64,000 nt of DNA, taken from the NCBI GenBank assembly GCA_965153285.1, contig OZ229122.1; one strand, written 5' to 3'. The translations under genes were made by a program, and so were the position numbers. The notes under the pieces were generated by a model. That model was not told the origin of the DNA, ran no database searches, and saw only the letters and a program-made list of their open reading frames with translations. Of the stretch, positions 1 through 12,384 are shown piece after piece (position 1 is the stretch's first letter; each line of letters begins with the position of its first letter). This DNA comes from Podarcis tiliguerta (taxonomy: Eukaryota).

Positions 1-530
1 TTAAACAAGGCACTACATTCTGTCAGTTTCCCCACCATATATCAATCACACACCTGGGGTACTTCTAGCAGGATAACAGACCCGGGGGTCCCCTCATCCC
101 TCTTCGCTGGCTTGGGATTCTTCTCTCCCCTCATGACTGACAGGAGACCCAAGGAGATGCTATCCTCACAGCTCTACTTCTCCTGGCTCAGACTCAGCCC
201 TCCAGTTCCCTCCTGTCTGAATACTTTCCCTAGACACTACACATTGTCTTCCAGTCTAAGCTCAGAGGCTCCTTTTTCTAGCTGTAGATATTTTCCTGAG
301 CACACAAACCAGAACCAGCTCTCCTTCTCTCCCTCCGGCTCTCTCTTCAACCATCTCTCCATCTGAGCTCTTTCTCAGAAATGAGTCCTTTTATACTCCC
401 TCTCAAAGTGCTGGCTCCACCCCCTCTGACTAGCTATATTGGTAGCCAATCAAAGAGAAGCTCCAGCCCTCTGGTGGAGTTCTGAGGAATTGCACTACCA
501 GACTCTGGTCTAGCTCAGCTGTCTACCACA
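1..530 (-). mobile_element. LTR-like element, copy 1 of a local family; runs off the window start
   Basis: Minus strand begins TGTGGTAGAC at 530, with CCAAT and TATA-like (GTATAAAAGG) motifs. Clearly similar, in inverted orientation, to 2340-2740. Confidence 0.6.
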
Positions 531-839
531 GTAGCCTTGTTTATAGCTATTCACAAATTATTAAGAATCACATTAAGATGCAATAAAGCTATAATAATTC
601 CTATATATAATGAAACAGAGAGCAACCTGGTAATTTTTGATCTATTAGTTTACTATCAATAATGAGTAGGATGTGTGAAATGCAAAGACTGGACTGAAGA
701 CTCAGGGCACTTTCAGACTGCTGCTATTTTCAGATGAGATTCAACCATATACCAGCAAATTCAGGTTGTGCAATAAAAGCTGATCTGGAGTCCCTGAACA
801 ACAAACTTGCTCCCCCCCCCCCAAACCAGTCTTTGCCCA

Positions 840-912
840 ATAATGTGCCTGGAGATTGATCCTGGAACCATGCAAATCAGGTGCTGTACAACTGAGCTAC
901 AGCCCTTCCCCT
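840..912 (-). mobile_element. tRNA-derived SINE head fragment
   Basis: Reverse complement GGGGAAGGGCTGTAGCTCAGTTGTACAGCACC... carries a pol III A-box-like motif and a degenerate B-box. Confidence 0.5.
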
Positions 913-2745
913 TGAAACTGAAATTATTTTGGAGGCAAGTTGCTTTCTTATGCTGGTTAACGTTACTCGGATTTTTATTTTTATTTTATTTTTGTATAGG
1001 TTTAATTGCTATGCCTTGCTCTTAACATGAGTAGTTTGATCCTCTCCCCCCACATAACACACATATCGAGTGTGTGCTTGAAAAATGGAATAGACATTGT
1101 AAGTTAAACTATATATATCTATTCAGAAGCACATGGGGCAAAGGCAAGGGGAATTCTACCTTCCTATTTATTAACTGTGAGAAGAACTTCACATGTTCTA
1201 AGAAAATATCTCAGTGACACTTAAATAGCTATCAAGCTTCAGAAAAAACCTATTCCATTTTTAAAAAAATGAGTTAATTTGAAAAATGAATTGATTTTTT
1301 TTGTCTTACAGTCATACGATTTTCACTTTAAAATTCTAGGCCAAGAAATTAAAGCCACTCTCTTCAAGTTTCTATGAAATGTTTTTTTTTTTAAAGTACC
1401 AAATTTCCATCCCAATTTTGTACTAATAATGGAGGTACAATGCCTGCTTGATATGTACTCTTTTCAGCTGCCAGGGTTTTCACACTAAAGGTTTGTTTCA
1501 TGACTGTGAATAAAGGGCGACATCACATTTCTCAAGCACTTAGAAGCAGCTGCGGGGGTCACCCCCTTCCCGGTTGGGTCTCATCCATTCCAACTTCCAT
1601 GGCAACATGTGGAAGAGCAGCAGGCCTGATCCTGGCTGGGTGAGGCCTTCGCCATGGGAACTGCATGAGGTCTCCTTCAGCATAGGAAGAGCAGGCAGCA
1701 TTTGCTACAACTTTCAGTTCCTTCCATTTATTTGCATTTCTGTCCACCATGTTATAGATGCTATTAGGTGAGCATGATATTATTGCTTAGTTTATTATTG
1801 CATAATCCATGGCAAGATTATTCTTGTGTAATGTCGCACCTATGTGCAGGTGTGCTCCTTCCTGTGCACTGATAAAACACCACCCCAAAAGAGTCTTGCT
1901 ACACGTATTTATTTTTCAAAAAATCACATCACTGCTGTTTTTATCAGTATATACATGTGCTTCAGTAATGTTCAAGGGAGTGGGGAGAATGCAAATCAAC
2001 TGAAATAATTGCTGTGGCAGACCTCATACACATAATGCTCTCTGCAAGATATGAGAACAAGGAGGGTACAGTGCAGATCAGCTGAGGAGTGGGCGCATTC
2101 ACCCCCATGGCAGTCATAGCTTCAGAGGTTTAAATCTTCCCATCAACCCCATTGAAACAATGTGGATGAAAACAGGGCCCTCCTATAATTAAGCTCACTT
2201 TATTTATTAGCAGTCAACAAAACGTTAAAACATATCATACCAGTTGACAATGACAATTGGTGGCCCCAGAGACTGAGAGGAGCCACGGTTCCTGTGCAGC
2301 TCCTTGAGGTTCTTGGAAATCTATACAAAATTCAGAATTGGGAGTGGAAAATAAAAGGAGCCATTTCTGAGGGCTTAATTTGAGATGGGAGATAGTGATT
2401 AGGATAAGGTTTGTCAGAGAGAGTTAGTTCAAATTTGAGTTTAACATCCGCTCTGAGAATATCTATAGCTAGAGGAAGGAGCCTTGTAGCCTAGATAGGA
2501 AGACCATGTTGAGTCTCTGGGGAGAGTATTCAGTGAACTGGAGGACTGAGTTTGAGCCAGAAGAAGGTGACACTGTGAGGAGGATACCATCTCATTGGAT
2601 CTCCTTCCAGTCAGGAGAGGAGACATCTTCTAGAAAGAGAAGAAGAACCCAAGTCCAGTTAAGAAGGCTGTGGAGATCTCATGGGTCTGTTGTATTATTT
2701 GAAAGTACCTCAGGAGTGGGATTGTTAAGAGGTTGGGTAACTGAC

Positions 2746-3009
2746 TGTTAAGTTGTGGGTGAACATATCAGACGACACAGCGATTCTTCAAACAGCTCTT
2801 GTTTATTCACAGGCCAGAACAGAACTGAACTGAAGGGTTCAGCCAGCCTGCTTATATAGAGCACCACTACAACGCAACTGTAACCATTTTCTGTAACTAT
2901 CCAATCACTGAACGTCACTTTCGAACCTTTATTTGCATATGTGGACCTGAGTGAAAACTATCTACAGTATCCCCCTGCTGGCCCAGGGTGGGAACTTCAG
3001 TACATAACA
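2746..3009 (-). mobile_element. Solo LTR (264 bp) with 5-bp TSD
   Basis: TGTTA...TAACA termini. TSD CTGAC at 2741-2745 and 3010-3014. TATA and AATAAA on the minus strand. The paralogue at ~30660 lacks it (empty site). Confidence 0.85.
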
Positions 3010-3481
3010 CTGACCAAAAGTGCCCCCTGCTCCTGAACCAAATTAACAAGCTGAGAAGGAAGCTGTGCTGTGTCAGAAGTATTTAACTGCAATGTCTGTC
3101 ATAACTAGGTGAAGCAACGAGAGTGAAGTTCAGAAACTGAGTTAAGCATTTTACCACCTATTCTAGAAATCTGAACATCTACCTGAAGTGTAACAACTGA
3201 TATTTAGCAACTGAAGTTTAAGAAAAGCTATGCATATACTACTGTGTTTAAGCCTGTGATGTCTTGATATTTAGTTTAAGTAAGTTAACTTCTACCTGAA
3301 AGAAAGCATATCCTGACCCATCTTTGTTTAACCAACTTTGTTTTGTAAATAAAACATTTCTTCTTTGTTCAACTTCCACCCAAGTCTCCAAATTACTTAA
3401 GTTTTCCCTCACACAACCCCCCCCCCAAAGTATAACTTGTGGTAATTAAAAAATTTAATTAACTGGTGTACCGTGTGGGAA

Positions 3482-3849
3482 GGACGTGGGTGGCACTGTG
3501 GTCTAAACCACAGAGCCTAGGACTTGCCGATCAGAAGGTCGGCGGTTCGAATCCCCACGAGAGCTCCTGTAGCTCGGTCCCTGCTCCTGCCAACCTAGCA
3601 GTTTAAAAGCATGTCAAAGTGCAAGTAGATAAATAGGCACCGCTCTGGCGGGAAGGTAAACGCGTTTCCATGCGCTGCTCTGATTCGCCAGAAGCGGCTT
3701 AGTCATGCTGGCCACATGACCCGGAAAAACTGTCTGTGGACAAACGTCAGCTCTCTCAGCCAGTAAAGCGAGATGTGTGCCGCAACCCCAGAGTCGTCCG
3801 CGACTGGACCTAATGGTCAGGACTGTCAGGAGTCCTTTACCTTTACTTT
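3482..3849 (+). mobile_element. Sauria SINE, full length
   Basis: GGACGTGGGTGGCACTGTGG head, B-box GGTTCGAATCCC, BovB-like 3' end with (ACCTTT)n tail. TSD TACCGTGTGG at 3469-3478 and 3850-3859. Confidence 0.92.
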
Positions 3850-3910
3850 TACCGTGTGGTAGGTTCACCACAGGTTTAACTGGGGGCAGTTAGCGGTGGG
3901 ATCTGCTACA

Positions 3911-4560
3911 CACATCAACAAAGAACGCTTAGTTTATTACACGAAATGAATATGACAGAATACATACATGTTGTTTCAGACAGCAAAATTACAATTTAGG
4001 CAGGCAGCAAATCATACCATACATACATGACTTTATCTGGAGAGGAACAGAACTCCTAACTATTTCAAAGCCTATAGAACACGGACCTGGCAATTTTGCC
4101 AGCGAACCCACACTAATAGCAAGTTAAGAAATGGAGGTGGGGGAGAAAAATAATATACCTGTCCTTAAGGTGTGTGCTGATTCCTTGGGAAGCACTGGGC
4201 AGGTTCTTCCTGTTGGAGCTAGAAGAGCTAACTGCCTATTTTGAACCTGGGGTCAAGGCATGCCGGTGGCGAGGGAAGGGGGACCTTGGTATAAGCAATT
4301 AGTTTTACTGTGCTTTTGAATCTATTCCCTGCCAGCTACTCAACTCTCCCGTCTTGCAAATTAAGTGTTTGAATGAAAATCACCCTAGTGGGCTGGGACT
4401 GAACTGGCGATCTTTTGTCTGCCCCCTGCTTTGCAACTATCTTGATGGCCCCAATGGAAGGAGTTAAATAGACTGTACTTGGCAACTAAATTTGCTTTAT
4501 GCAAACTCAGGATATGCCTGAATGCCTTTCAGGAGACAGGCTGGAATCAGACTTGTCCAA
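3911..4560 (-). mobile_element. ERV-like LTR fragment (family shared with 44330-44950)
   Basis: Blocks such as TCTTGCAAATTAAGT, GACTGTACTTGGCAACTAA and ATATGCCTGAATGCCTTT recur at 44650-44880. Confidence 0.5.
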
Positions 4561-4870
4561 TGCCGATCAGAAGGTTGGCGGTTCGAATCCCTGCGACGGG
4601 GTGAGCTCTCGTTGCTCTGTCCTTGCTCCTGCCAACCTAGCAGTTCAAAAGCATGTCAAAGTGCAAGTAGACAAATAGATGCCGCTCCGCGGGAAGGTAA
4701 ACGGTGTTTCTGTGTGCTGCTCTGGTTCGCCAGAAGCGGCTTAGTCATGCTGGCCACATGACCCGGAAGCTGTACGCCGGCTCCCTCAGTCAATGAAGCG
4801 AGATGAGCGCCGCAACCCCAGAGTCGTCCGTGACTGGACTTGACAGTCAGGAGTACCTTTACCTTTACCT
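4561..4870 (+). mobile_element. Sauria SINE, 5'-truncated
   Basis: Closely similar to 3525-3849; ACCTTT tail. Confidence 0.9.
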
Positions 4871-6094
4871 AACTTTGTCAATTATCAAAGCAGAAAATGG
4901 CAAAAGCCAGTACATGTATTTATTTATTACAATATACCATGTATATGCACGATGCTTCGGGTGTCATACATCAGCATTATCTTCACAACCACTATCCAGA
5001 GGTAGCCAGAATGCTTCAACCCGAGGGTATCTGAGACCATACTTTTGGTTCAAGTACAACACACTGGGCAAAATGCATTATTTTCCAAATGCTCAATTTT
5101 ACTTTAATCTTCCAGCCAGATTTCAAAATGCTGTACTTATTAGTGAGAAGCACCTCCTGCAATGATATTGTACATTATTATTAGTGATTAAATTCTGTCT
5201 AATTACTAATTCCCAAGAGAACACTCAGAACCATCTGAATCTTTATAATGGGGGCCTGAGAATTAAAAGAACAAGCTTGCATCTGTCTTTGAATAGTGAG
5301 AGTGACACCAATTATTTGTTATATTCATTGCTCAGCTATTATTTGATCTGTTCACTGAGCATAATAAACATAATTAAAATTAATGATATTTAAAGAATAC
5401 ACAGAGGAACAGATGTCAAAATTGGTTGTAAGAGTGATGTCTGGATGTTGGAAGATGCTCAGTTCACACATGTATGTTCAGCACTTAATAATGGCAGTAT
5501 TATGAGGACTTGCAGAAGGCACAGCAAAGTGAACATGAAAGATACACCTAGCATTTCACTCCCCAAAATAATCCTTTTTCTGTGGGATCAATCCACGTGT
5601 ATTTGAAGATTTCCCAATTTCCCCTCCTAAATTGTGCAGGTTTTCCCTAAGCAGAAAAAATGCAATAAATCCAATTAAAAGGTACAAAAAGTGGTAGTTC
5701 TTTTGATTCAGCTGAAACTAAAGTTATTCAGTATTCAGAGATGCCTCTGATGTCATTTTTTTGTGAGTGCACAACACAACCCCTCTTCCTCTCTTCCATT
5801 CTGGTCCCCTGCAGTGAACCTGCTTATTTTCATTTCCAGGAATGGCTACAGCAAGGTGTCTTTCCTGTTCACTTTGGAAAATACTGCTGCAAGCTGTGGA
5901 TGCTGTGACAGAGGCATTTCATCATACTGGCAGCAAATGACACTGTATCTCATAGAAATTTGGGAGGAACAATTCAGGGGCAGCTCTGCAGAAGCCACAG
6001 AAATATCAAATGTTTTGAGCACATTGCTTGAGAGATGTGTGCATAGGACCACAAACATACAGCTTTCGTATAAGAGGAAAGTGCAAACATGTGC

Positions 6095-6155
6095 TCAGTG
6101 GTCACTGGGCAAAAGATTCCTGCATTGCAGCGGGCTGGACTAGATGACCCTCATA
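6095..6155 (+). mobile_element. CR1-type 3' tail fragment
   Basis: TTCCTGCATTGCAG...GGACTAGATGACCCTC, matching the CR1-type tails at 41965-42030 and ~28230. Confidence 0.5.
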
Positions 6156-6944
6156 ACACCAGAATAGGGGCAAATTCCACAATCTGCCCTTATTTCAACC
6201 AGTTTCACCACATCCCATGTGAAGCCAAAAGGGGTTGCTGGAAGGCTCAGCTTCAGCTGAAAAAGGCGTCCTGAGTGAGAAATATGTCACTCAGGAACTT
6301 CAAAGAGCAAATGTGTCTGAGTACCTCCAGGAGGATGTTACTGGTCTGTTGAACAGCAATTATTAAAAAACAAAAACAAATGAAAACTGTGGCATGTCTT
6401 GCACTCCAGAAAAACTGAGGAAATTTCCTTACTAAAGGGCATCACTAGCACACCACATAAAAGCCAAGTCAAACTTTCCATTCTTAGTAAAATGTCATTT
6501 TATCACACCTCCTTTTCTATTAGTTGCCCACCAGAACTTGTATACCACTGAAAGACTTGTCTTAGTAAACTTTAAATGGCACAATATTTCATTATTATTA
6601 TTGACCATGCAATTAAACATGGCAATTAGCTGCTTCAAAACAGAATTCCATGTTTTTACTCCTTTATCTTAATTTCTAAAGTAGAGCCATTAAATAAAAA
6701 AACAAAAACAAAAACAGAAACTGATGAGAACATAAACTGATGACTGTATGGTGACCTTATGTGTGGGCATGACTCAGTCTTCAGTATTTCCTATTGCTAA
6801 AAGTTAATCGCATCTGTTTTGGATGAACAATGTCTATAAATAAAGCACATTGTTACTTGAAACAAGGTTTCCTTCTGTCCCTCCATTGCTTGCTTTCCCA
6901 ATCCCTGCAAACCATGCAGCAGTCAGAGTGCCACCACTAACAGG

Positions 6945-7400
6945 GCCCCCCCGTCGATTGTAGGGCTGGAAATATTTGGGTCCCAAGTCATTTAGGGCTT
7001 TGTAAACTTGCACCAGAAAGTGCAGAGCTTTCCAGATGGGTGACACATGGTCCCATCCGAATGGCTCACTTATCAACCTTGCAACCACGTTCTGTACTAA
7101 CTGCAACCTCCAGTCCATCCTCAAGGGCAACTCCATGTGGAACACATTGCAGTAGTCTAAGTGGGAGATCAGTAGAGCATGGATAATGGAGGCCAAGCTA
7201 TCCCATCCAGGAACAGCGATGGCTGGAAAACAAAGCCTAAGCTGGGAATAGGCACTGCTAGCCGCAGAAGCCAACTGAAACACAGACAATGGGTTGGGAA
7301 AGGGTAAATGAGGCAGTGTGTCAGAGACGCATGGCATCCCCCTCAATTTAGTTTGGAGGACGAAGGGGCAGTGTGCTTCCTGTGCTTCACCTCCTTGATC
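6945..7400 (-). mobile_element. L2 (CR1-group) LINE 3' ORF2 fragment
   Basis: Translation IHALLISHLDYCNVF...LQLVQNVVARLI...HVSPIWKALH...YKALN is the typical L2 post-RT motif. Confidence 0.85.
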
Positions 7401-7662
7401 CCGGGGACTGGGCTGAGTCAAAGTAGGGCTGGAGGGATGGATTGCTGGAGAGATGTGCTGAATGCAGGTCTTAAATTTGCTGCTCAGGAAAGCAACAAGA
7501 CAAGTGTCAGAGGCTGGTGCTCTGCATCGTCAGGGCTAATGGTAAAGAGCAAGTTGAAGATTAACAGGTGCAAAGAGGAAGTAAATTTGCTTCCCAAAGT
7601 TCTGTTCTGTGTTGTAAAATATTCACTGAACATTTGTTGAATATTCAGCGCATAATTCATTT

Positions 7663-7805
7663 TGGTATTTTACATTCAGTGATATTTCATTTTTATATGT
7701 GATCTTTTACAGTATTAGTTTTCAGGCATACTGGTATTTAACATTCAATTATATTTCATTTCACTGTGATATTTCATGGTATTTGATTGTTGTCAGGCCA
7801 TATTA
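7663..7805 (+). repeat. Imperfect ~69-bp tandem duplication
   Basis: TGGTATTT.ACATTCA...ATATTTCATTT....TGTGAT...TCAGGC occurs twice in tandem. Confidence 0.55.
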
Positions 7806-10800
7806 GATGGTGTTTAACTGTATTTCTATAATTGAAGACCAATTCCATTAAGATAACATGCAAGGCATCTGACACAGTTTGACAGCTCGAAAGAGTTTAA
7901 TTCTTTCTTTTTAATAAGAATTTCTTCTTGTCTGCTAAAATCAAAAATATGAAAACATTGATGTCCCAAACATTCTATTTTTACATTTTTAGGTAAATAT
8001 TCTGATTTTTGCAAGATTGCACAGGGTTGCAAATCAATATTTAATTCTATTTCAAATGCAAAAATGTCATGAAAGTAAAATTCAGTGTAGCAATGATGGT
8101 CCTGTGAACAGCAAAAATAAAATAAAATATATACACAATGGATCTGATTACTGCAGTTTTAAAAACGTATGCTGCATTTAAGCTGAATTTATGTGCTTCA
8201 GTAAGGTTCATTCTCAGAGAAGGTTTTAGAGTTTAGACAAATGGTTGATTTTTAGGTCAACCACAACAGAATACACTTCAAATACTTTGTTCATTAACAG
8301 TCTATAAAAATTGTCAAAAACAATAAAACTTTCCCCCCAGTCATCTTGAACCTGATAAACATTTATGCAATGTAATCCTGTCACGTTGAGATTGTAGGAT
8401 AATATATGCTTTTGATGACTTTCAACCCAGATGTTAGAAAATCCGTATGTTTTAGAGGCCCTTGATGTATTTATTATGTATGAATACTTGTGTTGCTTAT
8501 CTCAAAATGTATTTATAATTATTTTTACAGCTCATACAACAGGTATAAAACTGGATAATAAATAACTCTTTTGGATTAGAAGATGCCGGAAAAGTTGCAC
8601 ATCATGCCAAACCTGCCTCTGACAGCAATTAAGTCTGAAGGAAAAAATGCCCACTGGTTCTAAATGGGGCAAAGAATGGGGGGGGGGGTGTCAACAATGC
8701 TGATGCCAAAAAGAGCTGTCCTCTTGAAGACAAAATCATTTATGTCAGTTCAATTTACTGGCAGTACATCAAGTATGCAAGGAGAGAATACAAGGGTACA
8801 TGAAGTTTATTAATGGTCCACAGACTCTCAGATTCCAAAAACAAAACCATTTGATTTTTTTAAGATATGGAAAAACACCACCAACATTACATTTAACAGT
8901 TAAAATGTGATCAAATAGAGAAAAAAATATAATGAGTAATCCTTAGCATTTCTTTAAAACTGCTGACAAACCTTTACAGCTTGGAATAGGAACAATGCAG
9001 CTAATTCAGATAAATGGTTGTGTGTCCCTGTCCATGATGGTGACAGGACACCTGTTCAAGATCTGCCCAGGAAGGAAGCCATCACGGGGCCAGAAAGCCT
9101 CATGGATTCATGTATATACGTAATATGGTTCTGATATAGAACTCTGATAATCACTTTTATCACTTGCAGTATCCAAAACCCTTTCTTAATACATGGGAAA
9201 TGCCATAGTTTTAGTTCTATCATAATCTAGGCAAAACAGGGGTGGTGGCAGTTTTACTCTCTGGGTGTTGACGCCGCCTAAACCGCAAGGAAACACTGAC
9301 CTTAATTTTGGGGTCAGGTTTACTTGACATGTACTTTTGACATTAAGAGGGTTTTATTTTTAAAGGGCATGCTCCAGCCTTTCCTTAAAAACTATATTAA
9401 ATGAGCAAATCAGCCCCCACCACCTTCCCTATCCTTTCACAGTTCACCCTAACCCCTCACAGCTCGCTTAGACCCTCGGTCAATAAATGTGGCCTTCTGT
9501 CAGTCCTTGTCCAAAAAGGTGGTTCCTTTTTACTCTGTCTTCTGGGTAGGAAGTTTGCCTGAGGAATAAACTTTTTCTCACTATTTGAAAATGATGGCAC
9601 GAGATGCAGCTGCGTTGCTTTGTTGGTCCCCCTCTTCAAGGCCATGGTGGCAACCCAGTGAGTTGGGGGAAAGATTCCTCAGATGCGAGAGAATGGGAAG
9701 TTCTGGGAAGCCTGTGAGCTGTGTGACTAACTGAGAGACTTGGGCCAGTCGCCATGCTTCCTTTGAGAGTGCCCCACTTGGGTTCCTCACCTTTGCACCT
9801 GACATTAATACAACACCTGTCTGCCTCTTGCTGCATTTCTGTAGGGTCAAGTCTTCTCCATCACGAACACCAGCCTGCTCAGGGTCTCTTCACATGACAC
9901 ACGGTGAGTGCCTACAACACAGAGGGAAAACAACCTAGAATATGTGTATGTGTTTACTATATGTTTTGAAGGGTGAATTGCATTAAACATCGAGTAGCTG
10001 CTAGGTTTGAGGCTGTCCTTTGCCATTAACATCAAAGCTTTGCTTTTGTCCCTGCAACCAACTTCTTTTCCAAATGATAATGTGGAGCAGATATACCACA
10101 CTGCAATATTACAATTCTAAGGGAAACTGGCTACGCAGAGCATCCACAAGCCATGCAAAATAATCAGAAGGCATTAAAACTAGGTACCCATGGAAAATTA
10201 TGTTGGCATGGGGGTGGGATAGGGAACAGGAAGTGGGTCGACCACACCTGGAAGAAACTATGGCATAGGGAGTGGGGCAGGAAAGAGAGGAAAGCTGCTG
10301 GAGACGGGGGCTTTTAAAATATGAAATTGTTATGTAACGTGATGAAATGAGGAGCGGCAGAGCTCCTGGGGACAATCATCCTCCACTCGCTTAATGCCTG
10401 GCCATGCAAAAAACACTTCCAAACAACAAATTAGCCCAACAGGGTTTGCAGCTGCATGGAGGGAAAGGGGCTGGCAAGCTTAGCAAGGTTTGAACAGCGA
10501 GCAAAAGGCCCCCACAACTCTTTTATTTACAGATGCTTGCAACTCTGCAGACATAGTGTTTCTATGTTCCTATGTATGTGAAGTGTTCTAATTATTAGCA
10601 TTCACTCCTTTAATTTCTCTCTCATGCACTTTTTAAATCTCACTGCCTTTCTGCCTTCACATAGCCCAAACCTTTGTACTGTGTTGGAGTAGCAGGAAAA
10701 ACATGCCTCTCAAAGAAGAGCTCCAGAGTGAGTTTCTTTTTCCCCTTCTTGTGGTATTTTACTACAGAACAGTTGATCAGAGTCAACAGTAAAGAGTGAG

Positions 10801-11407
10801 TTTTCCCAGGGGAAAGTGGTGAGGCCCACAGAAGTGTGGGCAAGCCCTGAAACGCAGTGCCCCGAGGCACGCACTGCGCACTGCCGCCGGCACGCCTCTG
10901 GTTCCCCAGGCCTGCTTCCCTCCAAGATCCCTGGCCTCTTGGTCAGCTCTTGGTTCAGGCAGTGTGGGTCGGGGGCAGCCAGTGTGCAAGTCTGCTTTAA
11001 TCATTTTACTCATCAGAAAACACCACATTTTGTTGATTCAAGCTGCAAAGCCATCTGACTCTTTAATGCCAGTTTGTGACACTTGTAAAAAATAGCTGTC
11101 TTTTTATTTGAATCCAAAGCGAGGCTGCGCGGTTCTTGCTCATTCCCTCAAACAATTGAAGTGAGTCCCGTATGTTTGTAATGCAGTGACTATGGATAAA
11201 AGGATCCACACAGCATAATGTGGGGTTAGGGATACAAGCAGGCTTGGTTATTTGTTCTCACAATTACTACTATGTTTTGTCTGAAGGGTAAATCCAAAGG
11301 GACTTTGTAGGGCTCCCACTTCAACTAAATATCAGAGTTTCAGGGAGAGAGAAAACTATTTTCTGTTAGACCAGTGAGATGTATTTGGGAGAAACCAATT
11401 CAACATA

Positions 11408-11429
11408 AAGGTAAAGGGACCCCTGACCA
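11408..11429 (-). mobile_element. Ultra-short Sauria SINE 3' tail insertion
   Basis: AAGGTAAAGGGACCCCTGACCA flanked by the 11-bp TSD AATTCAACATA (11397-11407 and 11430-11440). Confidence 0.8.
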
Positions 11430-11717
11430 AATTCAACATATCCCTACCTAAAGCAAAATTTGAGGTTGATTTAGCTTAAGCAGAAAAATGAAAAGAAAGC
11501 TTGTGAAAATTATGTCTGCATACCCCTAATTCTAGAATATCTTTAGTGAGTACAAAGCCAAGTCTGCTGCAGACACACCATGTCAACAGTTTGTAAGTAC
11601 CTTTTAAAACCTAAGTCAAATAATTTGTTTCTCCAGCCTGCAATTTTCCAAGATAAGAATTTTAGAGCCTGGGCTGATTCCTTATCAATCGTTAGTCAAT
11701 CTGCAGAAGAATCTGAC

Positions 11718-12380
11718 AATAATAATAATAACAACAATAATAAATTTTATTTATACCCCGCCCTCCCCAGCCAAGGCCGGGCTCAGGGCGGCTAACAACC
11801 TATAATAGAAACAAGTTGAATGAATACAACTTAAAAACAAGATTAAAATACAACGTTAAAATATTAAAATGCAGCCTCATCACAGGAGGTAAAAGGAAAA
11901 AGAAAGAGGGGGAGGGAATCAAATTGGCTCCAAGCCAGAGGCCAGGCAGAACAACTCTGTCTAACAGGCCCTGCGGAAAGAAATCAGATCCTGCAGGGCC
12001 CTGGTCTCATGAGGCAGAGCGTTCCACCAGGCCGGAGCCAGTGCTGAGAAGGCCCTGGCTCTGGTTGAAGCTAAGCTAACTTCCTTAGGGCCCGGGACCA
12101 CTAGGGTGTTGCTATTTATGGACCTTGAGGCTCTCCGTGGGGCATACCAGAAGAGGCGGTCCCGTGGGTACGAGCCAGTGCAGCTTGAAAAGTACTGGGT
12201 GAATATGCTCCCATGGCAGAGACCCCGTGAGGAGCCTCGCTGCAGCATTCTGCACCCGCTGGAGTTTCTGGGACAGCTTCAAGGGCAGCCCTGCGTAGAG
12301 CGAGTTACAGTAGTCAAGTCTGGAGGTGACCATCGCATGGATCACTGTGGCCAGGTCAGGGCGGGAAAGGTAAGGGAAAT
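11718..12380 (-). mobile_element. L2 LINE, 5'-truncated, with internal deletion and (ATT)n tail
   Basis: PDLATVIHAMVTSRLDYCNSLYAGLPLK...LQRVQNAAARLL...LHWL and RAFSALAPAWWNALP motifs; 3' UTR shared with 57690-57790. Confidence 0.92.
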
Positions 12381-12384
12381 ACCA

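Larger units (their letters stand above)
2340..3910 (+). mobile_element. LTR-like element, copy 2, interrupted by a solo LTR and a Sauria SINE
   Basis: Homologous to 1-530 (inverted) and to 30628-31527. AATAAA at ~3348. Ends GCGGTGGGATCTGCTACA at 3910. 5' boundary approximate. Confidence 0.65.

Noticed and set aside
9620-9645. miR-133-like TTGGTCCCC seed
   Set aside because: The rest of the mature sequence and the hairpin do not match
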